From: Basidiobolus meristosporus CBS 931.73
Taxonomy: Eukaryota; Fungi; Basidiobolomycota
Direction: 5' to 3'
Assembly (NCBI GenBank): GCA_002104905.1
Contig: MCFE01000113.1
Span: 1 to 64,000 of the forward strand
Length of the DNA: 64,000 nt
The first letter of the stretch is position 1. Every line of letters starts with the position of its first letter. The translations under genes were made by a program, and so were the position numbers. The notes under the pieces are model-generated. The model saw only the letters and a program-made list of their open reading frames with translations. It had not been told where the DNA came from and did not search any database. Positions 25,636 through 37,698 of this stretch are shown one piece after another.

Positions 25636-25659
25636 ATTTGGATTTGGATTTGGATTTGG
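25636..25659. repeat. (ATTTGG)4 microsatellite
   Basis: Four perfect hexamers. Confidence 0.8.
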
Positions 25660-25930
25660 ATTCAATAACTACACCCTCCCTGTAACAAACTATGCAAGAT
25701 CCATCGAGAAATTTGTGGTTTACCCGAGATTTATTCGAGATTCCTATGAATAATGGACCATGAATACCATTCGTTTCTTAATACCTTGTAAAGTTCAATC
25801 CACCCCCGAAGCACTTAATGCATGCGTATACCCATCAGGCTGTTTCATATGCTGAATGCCAATAAACCCCGTGCCACAAATGCAACAAACCAAATTATCG
25901 TCTCCGAAAGGATTAACCACCATTCTCACT

Positions 25931-26801
25931 ATGAGCGTGTGCCTAAGAAACAATTCTTTCGAGGCTTTTCAAGAGGTCGTGAAAAAGTCGGGGAGTATTA
26001 TCGCCTTGACCGGTGCTGGCGCTTCTGCTGAGAGCGGTGTCCCAACCTTTCGCGGTGCTGGCGGTTTGTGGCGGACTTTTGAAGCCACTTCTCTGGCGAC
26101 TCCAGAGGCCTTCCGTTCAAATCCAGCTCGGGTCTGGGAATTTTATCATTATCGGTAGAGTGACTTGTACTCAAGTGCCTTACGATGCAACCTCTGAATT
26201 AATCGCTCTGCTCCCAAGACGAGAGCTAGTTCGGCAAAAGTCTCCCAACGCTGGCCATTTGGCGCTTGCCAAGTTCGAAAATATCGCCGAGAGCCTAGGA
26301 AAGAGGTTTACTCTATTCACTCAAAACGTTGACGGCCTTCATCTACAAGCCGGCTCGAAAAATGTCGTCGAGATGCACGGGGATCTGTTCAAAACTCGGT
26401 GTACCCGCTGTCACGAGGTTAAAGAGAACCGTGACAGTCCTATCGTATCAGCCTTGGCTGGTACCGAGCTCTTGAGCACCGACTCGAATATTCCCTTGGA
26501 GCAATTGCCGCGTTGTACGAAGTGCTCTTCTCTCTTGCGGCCTCACATAGTTTGGTTCGGTGAAAACCTCGATCAAAAGGATATGAATACAATCTTCGCA
26601 GAACTTGAAAGATGTGATCTTTTGATGGTAATTGGCACATCAGGTATCGTATATCCAGCTGCAGGCTTTGCCAGTCAAGTTTTGGCCAACGGAGGGCAGG
26701 TTGCCGAGTTCAACACTGAGCTCTCCGATTCTCTGTACCAATTTGCCTTTTCGGGGCCTTGTGGAAGCACACTTCCCCAGGCATTGGATATTGAGATCTA
26801 G
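25931..26801 (+). CDS. Class III sirtuin (SIRT5/CobB-like NAD-dependent deacylase); intron 26155-26218; start uncertain
   Basis: [25 protein letters not shown]|RE (the Tyr/Arg pair associated with desuccinylase specificity), [14 protein letters not shown]...CTKC zinc site, RPHIVWFGE and [12 protein letters not shown]. Confidence 0.93.
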
Positions 26802-27738
26802 TAATAAACTACCATTAGTCTTTATTTCAGCCAACAATCGGATCCTTCTCTATTCTCCCCTAAAGATGATCAATGTACTTCAGAGATGAAATGCTTGTTA
26901 ATAACTATAATAACGTATTCTGCTTATCCCCCAAGCTTGGATGCATCCCAAGCGAAGCTAGAAGCCTGGTATATGGCGCATAATTGATATCGGTCATCAT
27001 TTCTTCTGTTAACCTTTGGAGATTAATCACATAGTATCTAGTGATCTCCACAAGCCATTTCAATAACCCCCCCCCCATGAATCAGATAATGATCCAACAT
27101 TAGAATGATCATTTATCTGCAAATATTGCAAAATTGGTAACTCTCTAGATTCTTCATGAAGTGTGGGCTGACTGCAAGTCTTTTTCAACCTTATAATAGC
27201 TGTCATTTGTTGGTTCCGCCCATGCCAAAGCTCTCAATTTAGTATTCGTCTCATAAAAGCTTGGTACTTAACTGACAAGTGCCTCTATAACTGAAATGTT
27301 ATCTCAAATAGGTATAATATAATCACATCCAATTCAGTTATGTACCTAGGAGTCCTGAAGCAAGTGGGAGCGGGGGCTTGGAGCTGAACCAGGGCCATTG
27401 TAATCAACTAGTATGTATTTTCAAAATTCCACAGCAAAACATCATAGATCCATGATTTTACAGGGACAAATCCATGTTACTGCACAAATACCACCTAGAA
27501 TGCGTAAGCAATGAAGGTAATACTTCCTGCAATGCATTATACGCCAAAACAAAGGCAACGGAAAAACTTCAATGGTTCATATTCCGAGGTCCAATTGATC
27601 ATTAACAAGAGTCACTACGGGATATTAAAATGTAGTTGCGCTAGATTCATGTGGCTTTCATCTTATGCTGAGTTATCGGTGTTGAGGTTCAGTCTTTGCC
27701 ATTCTGATTCGCGTTGACCGAAATCAATCTTTCGTTGC

Positions 27739-27838
27739 CTAGGCAGGGCTACCACCTTCATTAGATCCGTTACCACCACTGCCGCTTTTATTTCCGCCCC
27801 CATTGGATCCGTATTGTTGCCGCCACGGCCACCATTGC
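27739..27838 (-). pseudogene. Gly-rich repeat fragment downstream of repeat gene 2 (possible lost terminal exon)
   Basis: Reads SNGGRGGN then, after a 1-nt shift, YGSNGGGNKSGSGGNGSNEGGSPA*. Preceded by an acgtag acceptor-like site. Confidence 0.45.
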
Positions 27839-27969
27839 TACGTTAAATCAAGTGTTTATTTTCAACACGACGCAATGACACAGCGTAGACATGTGACTGC
27901 GCGGGATTGAAATCCATGTACTTGGGCAATTCCCAGTTAGTTAACATTGCAAGTGAATGATGTTTAACA

Positions 27970-28968
27970 TCAATATTGGGCATTAGGGACGGGGTTATCA
28001 CCGCTACCTTTCTGGTAGCCTTTGTCACCCTTGCCGCCTCCAGATACAGAGCCTTTTTCGTTGTTCCCTTTACCACCTTTGCCACTCTTACCTCCACCGC
28101 TGGCCGAGTCATAGCCATGGCCTCCTTTTCCACTTTTACCGCCTTTTCCTTCGCCAACTACAGAGGCGTATCCGTGGTCGCCCCTAACGTGGTCTTCCTT
28201 TCCTTTTTTTCCTCCACCACGAACTGAGCCATAGCTATGGTCTCCTTTTCTACCTTTTCTGCCGCCGCCTACCGAGGCGTATCCATGGCCGCCTCCACCG
28301 AGGTCCCCCTTCCCTTCTTTTCCCCCGCCACCAGCTGAGCCATAGCCGTGATCGTCTCTACCATGATCTCCTTTTCCCCCACCACCTACCGAGCTATAAC
28401 CATGATCTCCTTTTTCACCTTTTCCGCCTTTTCCCTCACCAACTACAGGGCCATATCCGTGGTCGCCTCTGCCACGGTCTTCCTCTCCGCTGTTGCCTCC
28501 GCTGCCTACAGAGCCGTAATCTTGATCTCTTCCACCATGGTCTCCCTTTCGATCTTTTTCTCCACCACCAATGGAGCCATAACCATGGCCATCTTTCCTG
28601 CCTTGACCTCCACCGCCTCTAGTACTGTAGCCATGGTCGCCTTTACCATGACCTCCCCTACCGCCATTGCCCCCACCACCTGTCAATGGCTTATGACAGT
28701 CGCGTTCATCGCATTCGAAGCCAAGCTCTTTGGCACTCCTAACCAACGTATGACAGTCTTGCTTGTCAGGTTGAGACCATCCGGATGGAAATCTCGATAC
28801 ATCAATCGTATCGCATGATCTTCCGTGAGCGGATACACCGTAGGTACTCAGTCTCGCCACAACACCGTGGCAGTATTCGCGGCATCTTTTGGGGTCTGGG
28901 ACACTCAGAGTTGCCACAACAGCAATGCATGAGAAGGCCAAGATTGATTGCGATGCGGCGATCTTCAT
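27970..28968 (-). CDS. Secreted Gly-rich repeat protein 2 (332 aa), paralog of 22126-24852
   Basis: Signal-like MKIAASQSILAFSCIAVVATLS, then the same six-Cys domain (VPDPKRCREYC...SCDTIDVS...QDC.TLVRSAKELGF.CDE.DCHKP), then about 12 diverged GGGxKG..GDHGY(G/S/A)S units. Confidence 0.85.
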   Translation of the reverse strand: MKIAASQSILAFSCIAVVATLSVPDPKRCREYCHGVVARLSTYGVSAHGRSCDTIDVSRFPSGWSQPDKQDCHTLVRSAKELGFECDERDCHKPLTGGGGNGGRGGHGKGDHGYSTRGGGGQGRKDGHGYGSIGGGEKDRKGDHGGRDQDYGSVGSGGNSGEEDRGRGDHGYGPVVGEGKGGKGEKGDHGYSSVGGGGKGDHGRDDHGYGSAGGGGKEGKGDLGGGGHGYASVGGGRKGRKGDHSYGSVRGGGKKGKEDHVRGDHGYASVVGEGKGGKSGKGGHGYDSASGGGKSGKGGKGNNEKGSVSGGGKGDKGYQKGSGDNPVPNAQY

Positions 28969-29919
28969 TCTTTCTGATGAGATTGATTAGTTGGAAGAAG
29001 AGATAAAAAATTCAAATGTTGCGACTCAGGCCGAAATGTAGCAAAAAGGTGAAGACGAATGGTCGGGTGGATGTGATATGGTGTGATGAACTGATATGCT
29101 AGCTTGTCTTTCTTGCCAGGCTCCGTTGACGCTTTTATCGCCATCATCTCTGCTTATGTGATACACTGTAATTGCGAAATCATGGACTCCTGCCCCATAC
29201 ATGATCCCCGTTCGTGTTGTATATCGTGTGATCATGTTACTTCTTTTGGTGGGGTGCATCGGTCACCTAGCCATTTATGGCTGGAATGAAGGACTCCATG
29301 TATCAGCAATTAACCCCTCATCCTGCCCACACCTTGTAAGGTTAGCAGTGTACTTGTCTATCCAAGCATGCTCACATTCTGGCTAAATGAAGGGGATTAT
29401 GGGTTAGTCACCAGTAATTAATTGGGTGTGAAACAATTGATGTATGGGCTAGTGGTTTGATGCTTATGCATGGCTATTATTAGATTTCGCCGGCGGAAAG
29501 CGAGGAGCGGAAATAGTGATGGCAAGCGAGGAATGAACTGGTGGAATTGGTGATCTGGAGACAAGTAATGGAATATCTTTATGGGGTAGAAATGTATTCC
29601 GTCATCATTTTGGGACTCGTTCAATTCTGGGCTCAACAGTCAGCCAGTTGTTATCTTGCCAGGAACTGCTGTTATTACATTTGCTTAGTGTTAGCCCAAT
29701 ATTCATTTGAGTGGTGAAAGTCCAGAATCTGAAGAGGGGCCGCGCTATTAGATTTCGTCTGATTTGAATTCAATATTTAAGCACTTTCTACAATATCGCT
29801 CGTATTGCATACAACAAGCCGATTTACCACCTCCGTAAGGATATGCTTTTATTCCCATTACGGGTATGTACACAAAAGTAATGAAGCTTGTGCCAAAGCC
29901 AAGCATGGTGAAGAGTTTT

Positions 29920-30114
29920 TCAACCACTGCAGAGGCACTTCACTTTGAAATTGGCGCCAATATAGTAGTCGCCGCCCTTCTGGTCTACCTTGATCGAAAT
30001 CGAACCTTCAACGCAATTATACCTTCCCCTCCCACTGCACCATCCTGAGACAATCCCTTGACAATATTCGCGGCATAATTTAGGATCCAGGACTCTCGCA
30101 GCACCAGTGACGGT
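29920..30114 (-). pseudogene. Third family member lacking ATG and most of the signal peptide; encodes a different small six-Cys C-terminus
   Basis: Open frame TVTGAARVLDPKLCREYCQGIVSGWCSGRGRYNCVEGSISIKVDQKGGDYYIGANFKVKCLCSG*. DNA matches gene 1 through GATCC.AAATTATGCCGCGAATA.TGT, then diverges. No in-frame ATG before the next upstream stop. Confidence 0.6.
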
Positions 30115-31159
30115 TTTTTTGATTGAAAATTGGATAGCGTGATAGAAGTCAAAAAGAAGCGCAAGTATAAAGGTTGAGGGAAAAGCAATGTAGTAAACTG
30201 AAGTGCTTACTTGTCTTTATCTCAAGATGGCTCTAGATGATTTCTAGCTGGGCTTGTTTGTTACACCAAGATCATCTGTTTCCGGACTACGGCCCCATAG
30301 ATTGAGTCTTAGTTCATTCCGGTTAATGTGTGCACATGATGCTTTTGGTGAAGATTATCAATTGCTTAACCATTCAGTTGGAATCAAAAACTGCATAAAT
30401 CAGAGATGGATTATTCATCTTACTCACACCACATACATCTGTCAAGGCCTGCCCCCCCTCAACTGACAATACTACAGAGGGACTGGTTATTTGTCACAGG
30501 AAATTTAATAGGATTGATTCTTGGGTTGGTGGTTGGATATGGACGGCCACTATTAGGTGATGAGAAAGATGAAAAGTGGTAGGGATAAATACGTGGTTAA
30601 CTAATAGAACAGGGGGTATGGATATGAAGATTAGAATATATTGGTGAGGCAAAGATTCCCTTTGATAATTTCCAAGGATTGTAAGCCATATCTATTTAAT
30701 GGACTATTGTTTTATATTTACATGGCCTAAGCCCGGAATCCGCTTACCAAGTCTCTAGTGATTGAACGGCAATTGGTTTGGGCTCTGGAATTAATCATCA
30801 TGCAAAATGAATTGAAAAGTAGGATGTTTATCTGATGGCTTGTCTCTTAATTATGATCAAGTTCAAACCATCCTGGATAACTTGATGAATCATTAGGCCT
30901 TTCCATTCACACCATTTGAAGGGTAATAAGATTGGTATTGAATACTCAAGGATGGGCTGTCATTCCTTCCATAGATGCACTTTGGGTGCTAATATTATCA
31001 CCTGGATTTAGGAATAATCTGCTAATATTAGCAGTTGCTTAATACAAGATTGAGACCTTCTTGACACTGTCTAATCTATACTAGTTGTTTAGGAGATAAA
31101 ACATTTGGTTGGAGGATACATATCTTATTGACCTCATGGCGCTTATAAATACTGATTAC

Positions 31160-31491
31160 TGTTGTAAGAGTCTTGGAGATATTGGAAGTGATTGGGAGAA
31201 CAAGTAGATTATGTGGTTTTCACTTAATGATTTATTGAATGTAAAAGTAGTATTTATACTTTTACCTGGTCTTGGCATTACAAACACGTAGAATAGGTTA
31301 AGGAAGGTCCCAAGAACATGTGTGCAAAGTTTGAGGCTGTTTGGACAACTTTGAGAATTATCATGTTCTGGGTAAATATTCTAAGTAAATCCTGACAAGG
31401 AATTTGGTCAGTATTCTCTAGGATTTGAAGGTAATGATCTAAGTGACTAAGTTAGGTGAATATTTAGGTGGAATTACGAATTTTTACAACA
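31160..31491 (-). mobile_element. Solo copia LTR with 5-bp TSD ATTAC
   Basis: TGTTG...CAACA termini; reverse complement of the 349-bp LTR with a short internal deletion; ATTAC at 31155-31159 and 31492-31496. Confidence 0.9.
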
Positions 31492-31680
31492 ATTACTAGT
31501 GGGTAAAACCAACTAGAAACCACTTAAATAATAACAATCATAGCAAAATATGAAAATGTCAACGCCATAAGTTAACACAAAGTTGCACAAGCTATACACA
31601 TTACATCAAGGCCTCCTATAACCATTTTACAGTTCCATTGAGAGTACAGTTGAATGCCACTACTTTGAGCAAGTTAGAAT

Positions 31681-34600
31681 TGTTGTAAAAATTTGTATTT
31701 CCACCTGAATATTCACCTAACTTAGTCACTTAGATCATCACCTTCAAATCCTAGAGAATACTGACCAAATTCCTTGTTGGGATTTACTTAGAATATTTTC
31801 ACCAAAATACCAGGTACCCAGAACATGAAAATTCTCAAAGTTGTCCAAACAGCCCCAAACTTTGCACACATGTTCTTGGGACCTTCCTTAACCTATTCTA
31901 CATGCTTGTAATGCCAAGATCAGGTAAAAGTATAAATATTACTTTTACATTCAATAAATCATTAAGTGAAAACCACATAATCTACTTGTTCTCCCAATCA
32001 CTTCCAATATCTCCAAGACTCTTACAACAGGTTATGAGTCCCGAGCTGTCACTCTCTGCAATGTCTACTACTGCTATTACTAAAATTTTTCCCTCTGCTG
32101 AAAAGTTGGATGGATCTAACTACCAAGTGTGGAAGGTGAAGATGAAGATGCTGCTACAAGAAAGAGGCCTTTGGGATATTGTCATGGGAGAAGAATGCCC
32201 TCCTAAAAATGTGGGAGAGGAAGCCTTAAAGTATCAGAAGAAAGAACAAAGTGCCTTTAACTGCATTTGCCTTAATGTCAAGGACAAATTGCTAATTCAA
32301 TGCTCAAGAGCAAAAACAGCAAAGAATGCCTGGAAAGCATTGGAAGACACCTACCAGTCATGTTCAGCTGCCAAGAAAATGTATCTGAGAAGAAAATTCT
32401 TTACTACAAAGATGCTGCTAGGAGAAGAAATGAAAAATCTAATTAACAGAATTACTCTGCTGGTAGTTGAGATGGAATCAGTGGGTGTACCAACTACTGA
32501 TGAGGATGTGATAGTTACCATCCTGAATAGCCTGACAGACAAGTTTCAGGGCCTTGTATCAGCCCTAGAGTCCAGAACTGAAGATTTGACCTTAAATTAT
32601 GTATATGGAAGGCTCCTGGATGAAGAATTAAGAAAATCAAGCACCAATAAGAAGGAAGAAGAAAATGCTTTAATAAGCAATGATAACCAACAAAGGAGGT
32701 ACCCAAGACCCTACAAAGGCAACAGCAACCTGTTTTGTAACTACTGCAAAAGGAAAGGACACACATCAGACCGATGTCTCAAAAAGAAAGATAATTAGCA
32801 AAAGAAGCCTGAATATGGAAATGCTGCAACAACTGAAGATGGACTATTCATATCTGCACTAAATATGACCACAAACAAGGATTCTCAGATGTGGTATATT
32901 GACTCTGGAGCTTCTCAACACTTTACACACCAAAAAGAACTTTTTACCCAATATCAAGAAATTCCAATTAAGAAGGTTTTCATGGGTGACAATAGAACAC
33001 TTGATGCAGTGGGAGAAGGAACTATCCAAGTAAACCTTAGAAGCAGTGAAGGAAGCCATACACTGACCTTTAAAGAAGTACTCTATGTACCAGAAATAGC
33101 CAAGAACCTACTCTCTGTAACCAAGGCCACAGCAGAAGGACTCAGTTTCAGTTTTGACAATTCTGGATGCAGGATCACTGATCATAATGGTGCTCATATA
33201 GCTTCAGGCATCAGAGATCAGAATCTATACAAGTTGACTTATATTCCATCATATCTGGAAGCCAATATAAGTAACTTAAATGAAGAAACACCAATGCTTT
33301 GGCACAGGAGATTTGGACACATCAATTTTGATTATTTGCGTAAAATGATCAAAGATCAGCTAATTTCTGGAGTGAAAATTGATCCCCCAGCTATTTTGGA
33401 GCACTGTGAAGCCTGCATATATGGGAAACAAGCCAGACAACCGTTCAAGAGCTCTGGGTTAATCAAAACTAAGAAAAAATTAGATCTAATTCACTCAGAT
33501 CTGTGTGGACCTATGCAAAATTTATCCTTAGGCGGGATGAAGTATTTAATCACTTTTATTGATGATTATACAAGATACACATGGGTCTACTTCATGGAGA
33601 GAAAGGAAGAAGCTCTGTCTAAGCTCAGGGAGTTTAAAGCCATGGTGGAGAGAGAAACTGGTGAAAAAATTCAAGAAAATACGCTCTGACAATGGTGGAG
33701 AATATACCTCCAAACTGTTCATCCACTTCTGCAAAATTCATGGGATAAAGCAAGAGACTACTGTACCATACTCCCCATAGCAAAATGGAGTAGCAGAACA
33801 AGCTAACAGATCAATAATTGATATGGCAAGATCTATGATCCATGATCAAAAATTATCCTATGATTTTTGGGTGGAATCAGTTGCCACTGCTGTATGCCTT
33901 AAAAATAGGAGTTATAACAGAATACTTCGTGATTCTACTCCATTTGAAGCATGGTATGGATACAGACCAAGTGCAGAACATCTAAGAATATTTGGGTGTA
34001 CAGCATATGCCAAAAAACTGGCCGGAAATCAGTCAAAATTTGAGCCAAAAAGTGTAAAATGCATATTTTTGGGCTACTGCAATGAGAGTAAGGTATACAG
34101 ACTCTACAATACCAAAGCAAAGAAGCTGATCAAGTCCAGGGATGTGTTGTTTGATGAAAATTCAAAATTTTCACAAAAAATGACATCAGATGATGACAAA
34201 AATTTGATCTCAAGTCCACCAATTGTCAGGATTGAATCAGAGCAAAACAATGAAAATTTTTTCACTCCAGAGGACTCTACAACCATGGTTCAGCCAGAAT
34301 CAGTGCCCAGGAATATCCCAGAAGTGATCATTCCAGTATCAAATGCCCGGAGATCCAATTGGACAAGAAATAGCCCAAATTATTATATCAATGAGGGTAC
34401 AAACTTAGCCTATGCCTATTCAGTCCATATTGATGAGCCCCAGACTGTAAAAGAGGCCCTAAATAGCCCTCAGACAAAGTTTTGGAGATCTGCAATGACT
34501 GAGGAATATTGGGCCCTGATGGAAAATCAAACTTGGGACTTAGTCAAATTACCAATCAACTAAAAATCAATTGGATGCAGATGGGTCTTCAAGACAAAAT

Positions 34601-36365
34601 ACAAGGCTGATGGTACAATTGAAAGATACAAAGCAAGACTTGTAGCCAAAGGATACTCTCAAACAAAAGGACTTGACTATATTGAGAGTTTTGCACCGGT
34701 AGCCAAGTTTAATTCCATCAGATTAATATGGCTATTGCAGCCAAATATAAGTTTTTTATTCATCAAATGGATGTAAAAACTGCATTTTTGAATGGAGAAC
34801 TTGATGAGGATGTGTATATGGACTAGCCTGATGGGTTTGTTAACCAAGATAACCCCCATTTGGTCTGCAAGCTTAAAAAGTCACTATATGGTCTCAAACA
34901 ATCACCAAGAGCCTGGAATTGCAAGATAGATTCTTATTTGGAATCTTTGAGTTTCAAAAGGAGTAATGCTGACTATAGTATATATTATAAGCCAGATAGA
35001 GCAAATCCAGTTCTATTAGCTCTATATGTGGATGATCTTATTATAGCCGCCAATAACCTAGAAACATTGGAAGAGACTAAATCCAGCCTATCTAAGGAGT
35101 TCAAGATATCCAATCTAGGAGAACTTAGTTACTACTTAGGGATTAAGTTCTCCATAGACAGAAGTACCCAGACTATTACCCTAAGCCAATCCAAGTATAT
35201 TCAAGATATACTAAAGAAGTACAAAATGGAAGACTGTGAACCGGCAGCTACCCCAATGGAGACAAACCTTAACTTGGTCAAAACTCAACCAAATCAAGAG
35301 AGCTTGGTGCCATTTGAAAGCCCTGACTTTCCTTATCAATCTATGGTTGGCAGTCTGATGTATATCATGCTTGGAACACGTCCAGATATCTCATATTCAG
35401 TGGGAGTTGTCAGCCAACATAATCAGAACTATGGATCTGATCATATTGCAGCAGTTAAGCGGATTTTTAGATACCTAAAAGGAACTGCTGATATCTGCTT
35501 AAGATATACTTATAAGGATTCAGAACAGGATCTTGTGGGATACTCTGATGCTGATTGGGGACAAAATTTAGAAGACAGAAGATCCACCACAGGATACACC
35601 TTTCTTTACTGTAAAGGAGCAATTTCATGGAATTCAAGAAAGCAACCAACTGTAGCACTTTCCACCACAGAGGCAGAGTATATGGCAGCCTGTGAAGCTA
35701 CAAAAGAAGCAATGTGGTTAAGAAAGCTGTTTACAGATTTAGGCCTAGGTCAAAAAACGCCTATTACTTTATTTCAAGATAATCAAGGATGTATACAATT
35801 AGGTAGAAATCCAACTTTTCATGCTAGAACCAAGCACATAGATATTAGACATCATTTCATACGTGAAGCTATAGAGAATAACTTAGTTAGCTTAGTATAC
35901 TGTCCTACAGATGAAATGATTGCAGACATATTTACCAAACCATTAGCTAGAGACAAGTTTGAATATCTTAGGTCAAAATTAGGACTAGTCAGTATGAACA
36001 TTTAGCTGAGTGGGAGTGTTGTAAAAATTTGTATTTCCACCTAAATATTCACCTAACTTGGTCACTTAGATCATCACCTTCAAATCCTAAAGAATACTGA
36101 CCAAATTCCTTGTTGGGATTTACTTAGAATATTTTCACCAAAATACCAGGTACCCAGAACATGAAAATTCTCAAAGTTGTCCAAACAGCCCCAAACTTTG
36201 CACACATGTTCTTGGGACCTTCCTTAACCTATTCTACATGTTTGTAATGCCAAGATCAGGTAAAAGTATAAATACTACTTTTACATTCAATAAATCATTA
36301 AGTGAAAACCACATAATCTACTTGTTCTCCCAATCACTTCCAATATCTCCAAGACTCTTACAACA
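31681..36365 (+). mobile_element. Full-length Ty1/copia LTR retrotransposon 1 (LTRs 31681-32029 and 36017-36365; TSD AGAAT)
   Basis: 349-bp LTRs with 5 transition mismatches. PBS GGTTATGAGTCCC at 32030, PPT GAGTGGGAG before the 3' LTR, AGAAT on both flanks. Confidence 0.97.
32061..36005 (+). pseudogene. gag-pol of element 1, disrupted
   Basis: Copia domain order: Gag, CNYCKRKGHTSDRC knuckle, WYIDSGASQH protease, LWHRRFGH and integrase, LYVDDL RT, YSDADW RNase H. Nonsense codons near 32796, 33778, 34561 and 34824; frameshifts near 33675 and 34725. Confidence 0.93.
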
Positions 36366-36801
36366 AGAATGGCCATAGTAATGTAGGAGTTTGGGGCATA
36401 TTGCAGGTGATTGGGAAGATCTATAGACAATGAGTGAAGCAACCAAGTTTGGTATACTTTGGTGTAATAAAAGCTTAGAACACATAAAAGATTATATGCT
36501 GTATGTTGTATCTCCTATCTGACCATGTGCTTAGAGACATATGTTCTATTGGCACCAAAAAATATTACTTTGATAAGTAAAATAGCTGCCAATTGCAGAT
36601 TACGTTTCCTGTGGCACTATTATCCACCAACTCTAGTACTGGCTGATATAGGTGTTGTGTATCCACATATAAGATTCAAAGTTATTTCCTTGTCTCATTG
36701 CATCATGTGTTCTATTATCTCCTATGAAAGTCTTGTTAAGTGGAATGCATTCATATATAATTCATAGGAAGTAACCTCAATGAATAAGCAATTGAGATAT
36801 A

Positions 36802-37145
36802 TGTTGTATGAGTCTTGGAGATACTGGAAGTGATTAGGAGAGCAAGTAGAATATATGATTTTCACTTTATGATTTATTGAATGTGAAAGTTGAATTAATA
36901 CTTTAACAGGGTCTTAGCAAAGCAAGCACATAGATCAGACTTAGAAAAGTCTCAAAAGCATGTGTACAAAGTCTGGGACTGCTTGGAAAACTTTGAGATT
37001 TCTGATTTTCTGGGTACCATATATTTTGGTGCAAATATTCCAAGTAAATCCTAACAAGGAATTTGGTCAGGATTCTCCGAGATTTGAAAGTAATGATCTA
37101 AGTGACCAAGGTGAATATTTAGGTGTAAATGCAAAGTTTACAACA
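36802..37145 (-). mobile_element. Degenerate copia LTR
   Basis: TGTTG...CAACA ends and clear but diverged similarity to the family LTR; no matching TSD seen. Confidence 0.75.
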
Positions 37146-37351
37146 TCCAATACTCATATAACAATATTTGCAACTATACGCTGTATTGTACGGAAATTGG
37201 CTTGAATTATGGCTTCTAACCTGCGTATTTCATGGTGCTATATTCTTTGAAATAGTATGGCTTTAGATGCTATCAGCACCTGCCAGTCTGTCCAAGTTAC
37301 CTCAATTGCTTTGCACTACTCCCCAAGCATTGATTGTTGCTAGATCTATAA

Positions 37352-37698
37352 TGTTGTAAGAGTTTTGGGGATATTGCAAGTGATTGGGAGAACGAGAAGA
37401 TTATGCGGTTCTCACTTAATGATTTATTGAATGTCAAAGTAGTGTTTATACTTTACATAGTCTTGGCCAAAAAAACACGTAGCATATATTTAGGAAGGTT
37501 TTAAGAACATGTGTGCTAAGTTTGGGGCTGTTTGGACAACATTGTGATATTTCATGTTTTGGGTATCTGATGTTTTTGGTGAAAATATTCTAGGTATATC
37601 CCGACAAGGAATCTGGTGAATATTCTCTAAGATTTGAAGGTAACAATCTGTGACTAAGCTAGGTGAATATTTAGGTGGAATTACAAATTCTTACAACA
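37352..37698 (-). mobile_element. Degenerate copia LTR (a further forward LTR fragment at about 37734-37790)
   Basis: 347 bp, TGTTGTAAGAG...CTTACAACA, colinear with the family LTR; no matching TSD. Confidence 0.8.

Noticed and set aside
22126-28968. Many KGD and two RGD integrin-type motifs in the repeat proteins
   Set aside because: Expected from the G/K/D-rich composition; no independent support for integrin binding.
31902-32060. N-terminal part of ORF 31902-32798 (similarly 53671 and 57584)
   Set aside because: Reads through LTR sequence; gag starts after the PBS.
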